64,000 nt of DNA from positions 1 to 64,000 of the forward strand of contig JAHLWZ010000842.1 in the NCBI GenBank assembly GCA_020536535.1. Reading direction: 5' to 3'. The stretch's first letter is position 1, and each line of letters opens with the position of its first letter. A program made the position numbers and the translations under genes. Under the pieces are notes generated by a model. That model saw only the letters and a list, made by a program, of their open reading frames with translations. It was not told where the DNA came from and did not search any database. This document shows positions 45,789 through 63,001 of the stretch, piece after piece. This DNA comes from Pelomyxa schiedti (taxonomy: Eukaryota > Protista > Evosea).

Positions 45789-48700
45789 ATGGCCAATGCC
45801 CTGGTGCGAGATCTGTTCGTGGGCGTAATGAGGCAGTTTTTTGTGGTCGACGAGGCTCTCAATTCGTCGCTGTCATCTGCCTCTGGTTTCTTCTTTTTTT
45901 TCATTTTCTCGACTTTCCTTCTTTCGCCTCTCGGTTTGTTTTTGCATTGCATTTGCATTTTCTCTTTGTCTATGGGCGTTTTCGTGAATCTCTGCTCTGT
46001 GCAACTGGAATTCCTTGTACTTGGTCATTGACTTCTATTGAGGGGATTTATGTTTCGAAAATATGAATGTGGCTCCATCGGCGCTGAATGCTCTTGAACT
46101 CCCTTTGTGCGTTCACAATGGTTGGTTTCTTTTGTGATGCGAAATACCATGGATTCAATACTTGTGAAAAGGTACATTGCAGAAAATGCAGTTATTGATT
46201 CCTTGGAACAAATTATTCTTGGAACCAGTTCATGTAAAAGCCTCTGGGCTTCATGTGACTCTGGGACCTCCACCAGATGTACATTCCACACTGTTTGATG
46301 AAAACTGAACAACCAAACATATGCCAGCTTTCTGAAAAGGAGGAACAAGAAAGATATCTTAGAGAAAAGAGGCACACATTGGACAAATTTGAGAAGAGCC
46401 TTCAGCAAGGCACAGTTTTTGTTGATAAACCAAGTTTCACTGGTTATCTACTTTTGTTCTTTCTTGATTTCACCTCTTGTCCCTGTACATACAGGCAGTT
46501 TCTTAGAAAAACTGATCGACAAACTACTCTCCAATGTTCAAATTTACATAGAAGATGTCAACATTTGTTATAAAGATACAAATGATGTAGGGTATCCTTC
46601 ACACCTTCAACAATACTCTAATGTATTCAAGAACACATTATTTCTTGGGTTCTCACTGGACCATGTTGCAATTCAATCAACTGGTCCAGATTGGATTTCA
46701 CACTCAAATTGCATATCTGGTCCAAAGTATAAGGTCTATGCAAACTTTTTTTCACATTGTCTGACATTGTTAGTTAGTGGACTTGACTGGATTGAGATTT
46801 TACGGCCCTCCTCAAGTATAACAAAAGTCAGTAGTAACACTAATAGTTGCAGAATGCAGATGGCTCTAGTTTTGCATATTTTAATGAACCCTTATCCACT
46901 CAACTTAAGGTTTTTGCTCTTTTCCATTTCACAAATGAGAACTCCTTTCAGGTGGTATGGAATACAGTTTCTACAAGGAGCACACCAAAAATTTCCTTGC
47001 AGTCATCTTGTGATGAGGTTTCCACTTCCGTTATTCAACTTGTAACAATTCTCTAAAAGATCACTGTATGTGTTGGTCACACACAATGGATTTCTATAAC
47101 CAAATTGATCCAAAAATTTACCCACTACCCATGTAAACAAGTATTCACACTTTCTATAACTATTTCTAATATCTTCTTTAGTTTGCAGCTCAAAAACCTA
47201 AGGTGAGCCCAAAGGAGGATCCAAAAGCGTGGTGGAAGTATGCTGGTACTATTCCTTTCCCTTTGAAATTATGCCCTGAAATTCCTCCAGGTAATTATGT
47301 ACTCAATGAATATCGGAAACAACATTGGCACCTCTCCTGGGCAACTTTAGCAGAGAGACGAGATACCAGAAAAGAGTATATTCACTTATACAAAAAGAGT
47401 AAACTCCATGGGGGAGTATGTAACCATTTCTAAATAAGGAGCCTAATGTTTTTGCAGCAATCTTCCTTATCAGAAGAGGAAAAAACCCACTTGGCTGCAC
47501 TTGATGAAAGACTTGATATCAGTGACATCATCTTGTAGCCAGCTATACTAAAAGCTTTTATTAACAGAAGACTTAGGTATCGATCAATTGTTATGTCAGA
47601 AATAGTGGCCTCACATATTGGAGTTCACTCTCCCTCACAATCAAGGACACCTGGATTACTTGATGCACTTTGTTTACCAAAGGTTTAGCCCTTAGTGAAG
47701 GAACATAAATTGAAATCAACGATATAGTTTCTGAGTTCAAAACTGGTTGGTGGAAACCTTGAAGCAACCCTTACCTCAGAAGCTCTCGAAAATATATGTA
47801 CAGAGTTTGGATATCAACATACAAAGACCATGACTGAAGTGGCACAAGAGCATTTTTTCCCCCATTGTTCACTCATGTTATAGATGTACTTTGGATTAAA
47901 ACTTCAAATCAAGCAGATTACTCTCTCCTTGAGAGATGGTGGAGCCAACATTGTTCAGAGTAAAATATCTGGTTTTGATTTTTCAGTTCTCTCTTCATGC
48001 AAAAAAATATTCTCTGTGGGTACCTCATGTGTTTGCATTATTGATTGATGTCTCCACCCAAAGATGTCTCTGTGTATTGAGAGTGGAGAGATTATGGATA
48101 GCTCTACTACAGACCCTATGTTTAGGCACATTGTAAAATCTATTTCTCTTTTCATACCTTAATTGTGTGTAGTTTTCATCTTCAACATCCACAAGACCAC
48201 TTCTGCTCCTTGATTTTGAAAGAGCGGAAGAAAATAGTAATCAATTTCAAATGAGTTTGAACATTCAAAAAGAATTCGAAGTTTGCTTACCTTTCCCATT
48301 CCTGCAGAAAATTGGTTAGTATAAATTCCTCTTATCCTTTGTTTCTTACATCAAAATAGTGACCTTTTTCCCTCTCCCTTATTCACTCTGTTGCGCCAAA
48401 GGGGCACTTACAAATGTGAAGTCTATGCTTGGATTGAACTCAACATCTCCACTAGTTACACAAGTTTTTCAGATTACAACAGTGGTATGGCTGCTTGATA
48501 CTTGTCCCCCTCTTTACCTGCCCTCAGGGTGCATCCCTCACAATCCCACTGGGCCCAAATCACCCAGATACAGTTTTTCTTGTACTATCCATTGATTCAT
48601 TTACTATGCATCCACAAAATCCTGGGTCAATAGAAATCTTTTCTTGTGGAGATCTAACCTTACAAAAAGATATCAGCTCGCCATTGGGGGTATCACTGCT

Positions 48701-51700
48701 TACTTACAAGGGATTAAAACAGAGCAACAATATGTACTGTACCCATTTGGTGCTACATCCTCTTTGATACCATGCTTAGAAAGTTATTCAACCTTTTGGA
48801 TTTGATGTGTCAATTACCACAGACATTTCTGACAAAACATTGCCCAAGATTGTGTATGCATAAAATATTGTTAGAAAAGCCCAAACCATGTACCAGGGTA
48901 AAGGCAGGAATACCCCATATGAATATCCTTGTTGCAAGCGAAACACTTGTACACATAAAGCTGCTGAAATCAAAACTGAGTGATTTCATTTCTTTAGTTA
49001 CAGGGCAGGTGAATCCCTTAAAACTCCCTGTCAACTTCCAGTCTTCTGAAAGGCCGATAATAGACTTTTTCCACACAGAAACTGATCTCATGTAAGTTCC
49101 CATTTAGTCAGCTCTTGGAAACCCATCAGTAGAGCCAAGCTGGTTGCAAATCTTTCTTGTGAGCTCATCTCTCTGACAGTATCTGAACATGGCACCCCAC
49201 TTGCAAAAGTTTGTATGGGATTTCGATCATTTTTTAACTTGAATGGCAGATCTTTTTTTACAATCTTGGCACACAGCTTGAAACAAATACACACTTCAGT
49301 TTCTGTCACCTGTTGATAAAATTATCAAATATTGATGCTGTTGACTGCACCGCAGAATCGAAAGGATTGAAGAATCCTTTTATTATAACAACAGCCCCTC
49401 CAGTCCCCATGGAACCTTTCCTTACCATAGAGGTCATTCCTAAGGTTTAATTCTTTTTCCCTAAAAGCTAGAAATCCGAATTAAACATAATGATACAAGT
49501 TACAGACAGATGCAACCCATATGAAGGCACTCATACATCCACTTTTATTTAGAATCAACCCAGAGAACTTTTCTTCACTGATCTCAATGTTCACAAAAAT
49601 GTGAGCCCTTTTTTTCCTTCCTCCAAGTGAAAAGTTATTTGCCTCAGGTGGTTATCGGGACTGTCAAATATAACTGGTTCCTTCCTTATGTACCTGCTGG
49701 GACCTAAGCTTCAAGTACTAAGTTAATTCATTGCTTCACCATTTTCATATTTGTAGATTGATGCTACAGTGACCCGACTGGGTGTGATTGTCAATAATAA
49801 GCTGGATAAGGACCTTGAATTCTCTTTAGAGTGCACTGTCCTTCAAATACGGAAAAATCGAGACTCACTCATGCTGCAAGTATTGAAATTCAAATGCTCA
49901 TTTTCATTCACTCTAACTAAAAGAAAAGGGTACAACCCAGTGCTTGTCTTTGTTGGATTACCAGTCTTTAGAGGAGCCTCCAGTATCAGTACTAATGTAT
50001 GGGAATGGAGATTTCCTCGCTAATTCACAGTAGAATTATGGAAGAACCTGTCATAGTTTGGAGTCTCCAATTTCATCCTCATGAAAAACCTATTTTTGAT
50101 ATCAAACCCAATTATTAAATTACAATTACTGACAAAACGTGTAATACTCTCCTTAACTATCAAAATGCCAATCTTCAGCGTGTAAGACTTTTTGCTGGGC
50201 TACCATTCATAAACAAAATCCTGTAAATGGCGTTCCCTACCTAAAACCAATTCACCATGCAACAGCCACATTATAACTACTGGTCCATTGATTCAGCAGT
50301 ATATTAGCGGAAAGCAGATTTCAAAAACCACTGGGACTGTAGAACCCAAAGACAACAAACCAAAATTCAGTTATTCCTCCGATTCCTCATTTATGTAGCT
50401 AATCCCTTTAAAACAAGGCGCTCATGTGACAGTGCAAGCTCCAGAAATCATCATTCCCAAGTACACAGGTTCAAAGGATAGCCTGATTATTGAACTGGGA
50501 ACACTTTCACTTACCAATAGTCTGACTCCAACATTTCATAAACTTTCTGCCTCTGTTGAGCACATGTCGATGAGAACGATAATACATAATTCTCCTGCAT
50601 CTGTCATAGAGGGACTTCACTTTACTCTTACCATTGAGACAAGAGGTCAGTCTGACGCTGATAATCCTTTCAAAAAGGTGCAAAGACTTCCATTCTTACT
50701 CAAGGTTAACATGGATAGATTGTTGTCGTTCTATCTCCAATTTACTGCCACGTATCTGAAGTACAGTATCTCTTCTTTGTGAGTCAATGGACTCCCATGC
50801 TACAAGGACTTAAAAAGTTTCTCTTGAGCAATACTGATATGGCACGAATTGTAACTGCAGCTTTGTCTCAAGCGAATTCAGGCACCCACAAAGGTTGAGA
50901 GTGTAATAAAAGTGAACAAACTGATTCCTTTAGACTATGGTGAAAACTTCAATCTGGCAGAATTCCAGCAAATGGAGAAAGGAAATGTTGAGTTTCAGTT
51001 GAATCTTGATGTGCCAAAAATAAGCTTTGCTCTGTTGCGCAGGAATGGATCAAGGTAACACCACTTGCCATACAAATTTTCTGAGAATTGTATCAGTAAA
51101 GCCTCTGATTTGCTGGCAACCTATGAGATTATTAATATGTCAATGAAGGTGTCTAAAACTGTAGAGCACTTTATATGCGTAAGCCGAAGTCGTTGTAGTA
51201 AAGACCTGATTAGCCCAGGTTGGTGCTGTAATTCAAGCAATACAGTTCAGTGATTCTCGGGAAGATTCGCACTGTGCACTACAAGTATTCTCACAGTTCC
51301 TTGTGGTATCACTAATTTTATGATTACAGGACTATTTCTCTTGTCAGAATGAAACAAGTGCCCTTACAGTAGAATTCATACAGGAACTGAAGACTGGTGT
51401 ACGTGCATGCTCAATTTTACTTGATTCCCCCACATTTGTTGTTCTACCTTCAATGCTTTCAGAAGTCAAGGTACATTCAATTCTGGAACGGAGAGAAATT
51501 CATTATGCACACCAGGCTTTTGCATCTAAAGCTCATCTGATTAAAAACCAAATCCTTTCGGAACCAGAACGGACACTCGATTCCCCCAAATTAACCTCAG
51601 AGGCGACTGACCCAAGTCTGATCCCTGGCTTTTTCCAATTTCTCAATTTCCTTCACTTCAGATCCATTTCCTGCAATCTATTTTATGTTTACAGTTAACA

Positions 51701-54700
51701 ACCTGGAAGTCATTTTCCTACAGGATGAAACTAACTGCGACTCGCAATGCATCAGTTTCCATGCATCTGCCATTATCAAAGTACCCCTTTTCATTGCCTT
51801 ACTAATAAAACCAATGCTCCAACCAAAAGACTTGTGGTGATTTAAGACATATCTTGAAAACATTTGACATGCAAATCAACCAGGCTGATATGGTTGTATT
51901 CAGACTTTTTGCAGGCAAAAGAGTACCTGCCAGACCCATGCATCAGAAAATATCTCACCTGCTATATAACAGGAAGCAAAATCCAGGACAAGCAATGTGT
52001 TGAAACCAGTGGATTGTCATGTTAAGTATACTCGCACACCAGCCATAAATGAGGGACTTGTGAGTCTTGAACCTGTTGAACTTTACTTTTCATACATGGA
52101 TCTTGTGCTTATGACCCAAGTGTTCGAATCTCTACAGAGCACAGTTTTTCCAACCTATCGAAAACCAATCAAAGCTGTACAATCTGCAATGAGGTCATAC
52201 CACCTCCAAACTCACTCAACTACAAGCAGAGAGGTAAAACAAAGAAAACAAACCTGGGAAAAATTAAAAAAAAAAGTTCACAGTTAAGTGCGTGTACTGC
52301 TGCTTGACAATCATCAATGACTTCAAAGGAAGAGATACCCCCCTGTTTGAGCTTAGAGCAAACAATGTTCTATCCCGCGTCACTGACTGGGACACCTATG
52401 TAAGACTTTATAAAATCAATCATGTTTGATGGGCCCTTTATTCCTTTTAGCCACAATTTTCGTCAGAACTACTTCTTGCAATTGACTTTTTCAACAACAA
52501 CTTGATGTGCTATGAACCCTTTGTGGAGCACTACTTTTTCAAATTTAAGGTCACATGCCTCTGACCCCCTGACCCCATTAATAATTTCTAGTTTGGTAGG
52601 ACCCCACAGTGTAAATTGATGTGCCTGATCGAGAGTCCTGAAGTTCTCAATATTAATTTTTCTCAAGCAATGGTCAGTATTTTCGTGTCCACTATCTTTA
52701 CTCTGGTTGAGGATTACTACAACAGATTATTTTCAGCTCAATGTAGCTCTTCACTTCAGTTTCTCAAATAAGAATCAAAACAGATTCAGAAGTGGCAACG
52801 ACTTCGTCAAATTTTCATCCATTGAATATTTTGAACAAAACTGGGGTGTCCTGCTCATATTTCGCTCCTCACAGTGATGATGTAGAGAGCCCACCAGAGC
52901 TTGTTCTAACTCAAGATAAAATACTACCTCTTTCGCAGTGCGGGACTTCTATGAAGGTTAATCCCCTTGAAAAGTAATTGCAAAAAAAAGGTAATTCTAG
53001 AACATTTCTCCCTTGTAGGCAGGTAGAAACTTAATCACTGGTTATCAATTGGCCACAGTGGTGGTTGGTGCATTCACACAGAAGGAAATCAACATAGATC
53101 GACTTGGCATTGAAGGGAGACCTCTCCCTGATAGCTCATGGTTAATTTCAGAGGTATACAATCACATTTGACACCTAAGATAAAATCTGGCACAAGGTTA
53201 AGTGGACTGATGATGGAAGCAAATTACTTGTTCTTAGATCTTCGGTGATGCTCAGAAACTGTACCACAATGGAGATTGCAGTGTGCCTGCGTAACACTAC
53301 AGGAAAATCAGAGCTTATCCTGGGTTAGTTCTATTGCTTTCCAGCTGTACAAGGCCACAACTGACTATTTCACAGCACCTGATGAAGAGTCTCCAATCCC
53401 TTTGCAATTCTCTTCAAGAGGGTTAGTTTCTGCACGTAATTCTGCCAAATTCCGTTATTTCGAACCTCAATTGAAGATTGAATCTCTCAAGCCTCACAAT
53501 GTAAGATAAGCATATTAATTCTCCTTACCTTTTTGCAGGGTGTCCACTGTTCAATTTGCAGTGACGCCTCACTATCTAATCAGTACTTGGTCGTGATTGT
53601 TGAACAAGAAGAGAAAATAAGGTAAAGTCAAAGGAGATAGACCCATTTATTCTTACATTTACACAGTAAAGGACTACTGCCTTTTTATTTGTCCACGATA
53701 ACTTTCTATGCTCCTATCACTATTGTAAATGCGCTACCCTATCCTTTTAGTGTCGCTGGGGTGTGTCCCTTTTTCTCAGTACTTCCGTTTAATTGTGTTC
53801 AGCCAGAGGATTCGGGTTTATGTTTCACTGTGGAGAGTGACAGCTGTAAGCCTATTTTTGACCATAATGTCAACTACAACTTAGTTTTACGTATCTCAGG
53901 ATTGCCAGGTCAATTTTAATCCTTTACTTACGTTGTTTCAACTCAATCAAGGTTTCAAGGAGACCAAATTAAAATTGAAAACCAGGCAATGTTCCATAAA
54001 CCATACTGAAAAACTACTTTTCTGTGACAAGTTTGACCAAAAGATGCCCATTTTCATTGATGTCAAGTATCTTTCTCATTTTTGGTGGAACTCTTTTCTA
54101 ACAACACTGCTCAGTTGTGATAAAGGACTTGTTCTAACTTTCTATTCACCATGTTGGATTATAAACAACAGTGAATTGCCAATATGGTGTCAGCCCGTAC
54201 CTTGTCGCTCTGGTCTTTGTGCACCCGGTCAAGGTATCATACCATTTCAAATATATTTCTTGCCTAATTTCCACAGTGAGCGCATTATCCACATCTCCAT
54301 TGCTATATTCTGAAAAGAAATTAGCTCTGAGGCTTGTCTAATTCCATAGCCACATCCATTAACTTGTTCATAGGACCCAAGATGGATTGCACTGGTCCAA
54401 AGTTTGTAACAAAGACTAACAGCAGCGATCAAAATAATCCTACCATTTTCTTCCAAGGGTTTTTCTGTTGAATCTCTGGGTGTTGGAGGGGTCGTGCAAA
54501 TCCTTGGCCATGTTGGGCATGCATATACTCTCAAAGTCACAGTTCAACCTGGATTGGGATCGGTTCGTCTTTCCAAAGTGTTTGCTGCACTCACAATTTC
54601 CTTCAGTTCTACAGAACAAAGATAGTCACTTTATTTTCACAGTTTATGCTTAGTAATGCTATGGCTTTGCCTCTACTTTGGTCGCAACCATGCACCCATG

Positions 54701-57700
54701 GAAACACTCATACTGGTGTAATACTTCCAGGAGAGAAGCAACCGTTCCACTTTATGCAAACAGGACCCAAAGTTTTGTCTATTAAAGCTGACGCCCGCAA
54801 TACCCTTTGGTTTCTTCCTCCACTTCTTATCCTCTAGTTAAGAGCTTAGGTCTGGAGTGTTCTCTATATCACATGTAGGAGAGTTTTCCGTGAAATGCCG
54901 ATCTGAAAAGAGCACAGGTACACGTTCGAAATCCACCATTCTACATTGACCAGAGCTTTGTAAAGCCGAAGACTACTATATACATGTTGAAGTGAATGAC
55001 GACTCTGAGTGCACAAGTGTTTTACTTTCAGAGCAGAACCCAGAAACTCCTAATTTTGTCATTGAAAATGATACTTCATTGGATCTGGATTTTCAACAAA
55101 AAGTTACTTTTCAATCACCTACCTTCTCGGCTCTTACTTTTAAACCAGAAAACCACTGTTGATCCCCTACATCTTCCAACCAAAACTGCCGCGATGTATG
55201 TATGGGATGAACCTCTTGGTGATATGAATCTCTTAGTCTCATGTGAGGCAGTGAAATCACCCCTTTCTTTTAATATACAGAAAATCAAAGCGTTTGATGT
55301 AGTCAATATCAAGGTTTTTTCCACTTTCACAGCCACTTCTAACTTCAATCAGGGTATTGCTCCAATTTACCCATTTGTCAAGATGGAAGGTGTCACCAGA
55401 GTTTTTGTTTTAACACACACAAATGCTCGGTACAATAGTGATACTGCCGACGAACCAAAAAAGGTACATCGTTCTGTCACATATTTGACTGAAATTCCTA
55501 ATAGACTGGTGAAGTGCGTAACTTTACTATTTCCGTCCAATTGGCAGGTTTGGGGATATCAGTGATTTCTAAAACTCCGAAGGTACTCTTCAAATTACTA
55601 GGGTCCATCTGATTTTTTTTTGCAGGAAATATTATTTTGCAGTTTGAGTCGAATTCATTGTGCTGTGGAAGCACTGCCTAGAGAATTTGAGTTTGAACTG
55701 CAAGTGGCGGCACTCCAGGTTTCAAATTAAATTTATTTTTCCTTTGTTTTCCCAACAAATGAAGGTGGATAATCAAGATCCTGAGGCAGAATTCCCAGTG
55801 GTACTCAGATCTATTCTTCGAGATCAGAAAAAACCGGCAGTTCATGTCAGTTTTGTGAAGTCAACTCAATATCATATCCTTGCACTAAGTTAATTCTAAC
55901 ACAAGTTGCACAAACATATCCTTAACTTTATGGAAGCAAAATTGACTATTTCAGCTACTTCTCCATTTTATTACAAGAAATGGAGTTAAATATTGAGACA
56001 CACTTCATTGATTCTATCCTTCAATTCTACCAGTCGTTACCCTTTCAAGATATAAGAGGAATTTCACCACAACAGTACATTTCCAAATTTCTGACTTGAT
56101 AAATAACTTCGCTAAGGTCTTCATTTTTGACTGCCCCTAAAATGATTTATTTTAAGCTTTTATTTCTGCAGCCTATCAAAGTGTATCTAACGTTGTCCTG
56201 GTCCTCTGATACGCACTTAGGAATCAAGTAAACATTATGGGCCAAGTGGGCAACTAATAATTTTTTATAGAAACAATCCTCTCATTGCCGTTTTTCAAAC
56301 TGTGAGTAGTGCTGTGGCTAATGTTGACCATGCACCAGTGTGCCTCAACGCCCTTCTGCTAGATCACCCTTTCTGTCGTCGGAATAGACTTTACAGTCTC
56401 ATTCGGACACATTATACACGTCAACTTTTAGCTGAGTTTTATAAGATAATTGGCTCCTCCGATTTACTTGGTAATCCTGTAGGCCTATTTACTAATCTTT
56501 CCACTGGTTTGTCTTGAAATATTTATTCTTCCATATCCACTTGTTTTAGGGGTAATGGACTTCTTTTATGAACCAGCTCAAGGTCTTGTTACTTCTCCTC
56601 AGGCCTTTGGTGTAGGATTAGCCAAGGTTTAATGTATGTTTGTATTGCAACCACTAAGTATTTTTTTTAGGGGTCCAAAAGTTTGGTAAAAAATACCGTC
56701 TATGGCCTTTTCAACTCCCTCAGCAAGGTGACGGGTGCTCTTGGAAAAGGTGCTACCCCCTCTTTTGCAAGCAAGAGCGCTTACAACTGTAGGTGTGGCC
56801 GCATTATCAATGGATGATGACTATCTTGCCAAAAGGAGAGTCAACAGAAAGAAAAAGCCGAAAAATATTGGGGATGGTACCGTTCAAGGTATTTTCATTT
56901 CCATAAAAAAAGCGCTTCATATTTCAAAGGTGTCAAACAACTTGGCTCTGGAGTCCTTCTTGGTATTACTGGAGTTGTGGTGAGGAGAACTTACTTGGTT
57001 TCCCTTTTCCAACCATAATGTAAACCAGAACAAACCGGTGGCTGGAGCGGCAAAAGGTGGTGCAATTGGTTTTGCCAAAGGTGTTGGCCAAGGGATTGTA
57101 GGGTACATAATTTTTGCAATCCTAACTTCGCCTTAATTGACTTTTTAGAGTGGCTGTGAAGCCTGTTGCTGGAATCTTCGATCTTGCTTCTCAGGTACAT
57201 AAGCTGGCGATTCTTCTTTATACTATTATGCTAAGTGTATTGTTCCTTTTATAGACCACGGCAGGAATAGGCAACACAGCACTGCTTCTTGACAAGAAAG
57301 TTCACGAGGGACGTATTCGCAAATTTCCACGTCTCTTTGGTCCCAACGGGCAACTCCTGGTTGATATACTTCACACAATAAAACTCTAAAATGATACGTT
57401 TTATCAGGAATATCACGAAATTGAAGCAGAAGGTGCTGCACTGCTGCTTCAAACCAAATTTTCGAATACTGACACGTACGTGCACCACACAATTGTGAGC
57501 AAGGCTCGAATGGTGTTACTCACAAGCAACCGGCTTCTCGTACTAAGTGTTCCATCCCATAGTGTCTTGGAGCAGATACCCTACACTGGTTATTCTATTG
57601 TTGAAATAAGTTCAAAGCCTAATGTTTTCGCAGATGTTGCCCAGTGGGACCTGGTAGAGGGAGGCATTAAAGTATTCCTCAAGAAAGGAGAGACGATAAT

Positions 57701-57848
57701 CCTTGCTGCTACAGACCCAGCTATTCTAATGCTGCTCTATACCAAAATTATTGCCTGTGCCAGAGGGTTTGTCCCCATCTCAAATTCCGAACCTCACTCA
57801 CTTCGAAACTCACAAAGGTTTTCCGGCCTGGTTGTAAAGAAAAGTTGA
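45789..57848 (+). CDS. VPS13: VPS13 bridge-like lipid transfer protein, dozens of short introns
   Basis: Chorein_N GDLCFENM...ALNALELPL...LLIPWNKLFLEPV; PKAWWKYA; VAB region LTFYSPCWIINNSELPI, YVWDEP; KIIGSSDLLGNPVGLF, DFFYEPAQG, KPVAGAAKGG; C-terminal PH-like segment. Confidence 0.93.
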
Positions 57849-57975
57849 CCTGAACTTGGTTACACGCGAAGTAAAAACAAGTGCTGTAAATGGTAGACTA
57901 GAATAAAACTCCACTTATTTTGTTGGTCTTGTCCCCACCCTTTTTGTGGATGAGTGTATACATTGGATAGGAGAG

Positions 57976-60641
<2,666 letters not shown>

Positions 60642-60774
60642 TTGGACCTTTTTTTTGGAGAAAAATGCAGGAAATAGATAACTCTTTGTTTTTATTGACT
60701 ACTACAAGCATCAATCACATCCACTCACCCCCACTCGCAGTCAAGTTCCCACTCCCGGCCCCACTCCACTCCCC

Positions 60775-61439
60775 TCACTCGGTTGGCCAGGCCGGCTCCT
60801 TGTTCCACGCCTCCCTCTCAATTGCCTCGTTGATCCACCTAAGGTGCCTCTTCTCGTCCTCCCAGCCCCCCTCGACCAGCTGACGTCGTCCGGCGCGGCG
60901 GTCCCAGTCCCGGCCCCCGGCTCCGTGCCCGTGGCCCACTGCACCACGTTCTCGTACGTCTTGTTGGTCAGCTTCTCGTTGGTCGACATGGCAGACATCA
61001 TCGTGCGCGCAGACACAGTGCTGGCCATCGCCATCCCGCTGATCATGAAGCCCTTGAAATCCCTGGCAAATTTCGGTGGGGTTCCGCCATACTAGAGCAT
61101 GGGGTGATGTCAGCTATAAATACTTCACGAAAATCGATTATTATTAATAATTAGTAATTCCTTTAAACTTGCACAGACCTTGGTGACAAGAGTGGACATG
61201 TCTTCTACGTGGCGCATGTGGTCTGCTTGGAAAGAAGCCAGATTGCTGCTTATCTCGCCTACAAATAAATATTTAGTGCTAAATCGAAAACTACAGTTAA
61301 ACACACTAAGTTCAACAAAAGAAAAGTTGACTGAATTACCTTTGGGGACTTTCTGAACCACCAAGTCATAGGCATGCCATGCATCAATGTCCAAGTGGAT
61401 CACTTCATTGAGTTTGCTGATGATAGTATCTGAATTCAT
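60775..61439 (-). CDS. Bacterial-type ferritin-like four-helix protein (DUF2383-like); apparent frameshift near 60880
   Basis: LNEVIHLDIDAWHAY, FQADHMRHVEDM, GGTPPK..RDFKGF, AMSTNEKLTNKTYE; last helix QLVEGGWEDEKRHLRWI lies in the -1 frame. Confidence 0.75.
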
Positions 61440-61627
61440 TGCCGCTATCTCGTTTTCCTTTCTTCTTGTCTCTTATTGTTCTCTCTGAAGATAGTGTGAG
61501 TTTTATGTTCTCATTAGCCAATAATGAGTAGTCAACGAGTAAAGGCAAATTTCGATTTTTTTCCCCAACTTTTAAACGACACATCAAAGTTGGCAAAACG
61601 GCAAAACGGTTTGGGTTCTTGTCCTCT

Positions 61628-62553
61628 TCATTCATCGTGCTTTATCATGCATGCTGTGTAGTTGTACCATCGTCCTGCTCTGGGAAGTACTTCCAAACGA
61701 GTGCTTACAGCAAGCTGTAAGAGTATTTTCACTGAGATTGTATCTAATGAGTCGGGAATACTACCTTCTTTATTATCATGTAGGGTGTGAAGTTTGGGTT
61801 AATGATAGAATCACTTACTGCAATCACACCACCATTCCTTACAACCCTTGAACACTCAGAAAGTGCGGGTTTCATATCTTTCCTGAGCTCAGGCAAAACG
61901 CACACCATGACAACGGCATCAAAATGATGTGACGCAAATGGTAGCTTTCTTACATCTGCAGTGAGGCATTTGATGTTGGCAAGTGAGTCTCTGCCCTTCT
62001 TTGCCACTTGGAATTTAGTAATGTTGTGAGAGAGTCTATTTATCATGCCCTTCTGGACATCAACAGCAACGACCTGAATAGTAAACAGCAGCCATCACAA
62101 TAGAGTCAGGATGCAAAATGAGTCAGTTAGGGTGCAAGAACAAGACCGTTGGTTGTTTGAAACAACAGCACTCACTTCAGAATTGGGTCCCAGAAAAGAA
62201 GCCAGAGGCAAGGTGAAGCATCCACCAGCACACCCAACTTCCAACACTCTCAATGACAGTGGTGAAGATAATGAAGAATGATGAGTCCCAGAATTCTTGG
62301 CTTTCCCAGAATAGCTGTGGCCCAAGACCCCACCACTATCGCTCCCATAATGACGCTCGACGGCAGCAGCGCTGCCGGGCAGGAGCAGAGGCGAGAGCGA
62401 GCGGCGGATCACGACGGTTGGCGATTGAAGAGACGCCCGGGCACGGGACTCGAACCACGACGAGAAAAACACAGGTGCTGGCGGTATCGCTGCCCGCGCC
62501 AGCGCCAACGAAAGCGCACCAATCGACGCCACCGCTGGTCCCTTTACAATCAT
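61628..62553 (-). CDS. Class I SAM-dependent methyltransferase (type 11-like)
   Basis: VLEVGCAGG (motif I), VVAVDVQKGM, ADVRKLPF...FDAVV, ALSECSRVVRNGG. Confidence 0.88.
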
Positions 62554-63001
62554 GGAACCGAAAACTTTCTTCTTCAGGCCTGAAGTTCTGAATCAAAAAG
62601 GGGTTATAGTGGGAGGGAAAAAAGTCTTAGGAAACTGTGAGGGCATGTTCAGAGGCGGCTATGTCAGAGGAAAAGCGTAGCCGCAAAAGCTGTCCGATGG
62701 CATCTGAGACGTAGTGACGGAACAAAATCGAAATGGAGCCGAGTTTTGTTTGCTTTGGCGTCAGAGAGGGAACCTGGCGTTCATTATACCGCACGGGATA
62801 TCGCCAGCCCTGCCGTAATTGTGGGTGGGGGCTGTTCCTTTGAAATGATTTGGAACTTTTTTTTCAATCGAATTCTAAAGAGAACAGAGGGCTAATTCCC
62901 GGAAGATCAGATCTTGGACAGAAGACAACATAAAAGAAAAACAAACCACCATTGTTACGACGCGGTAGCCTCACCGGAGTGCTGTGTAGTTGTGTGGCAG
63001 G

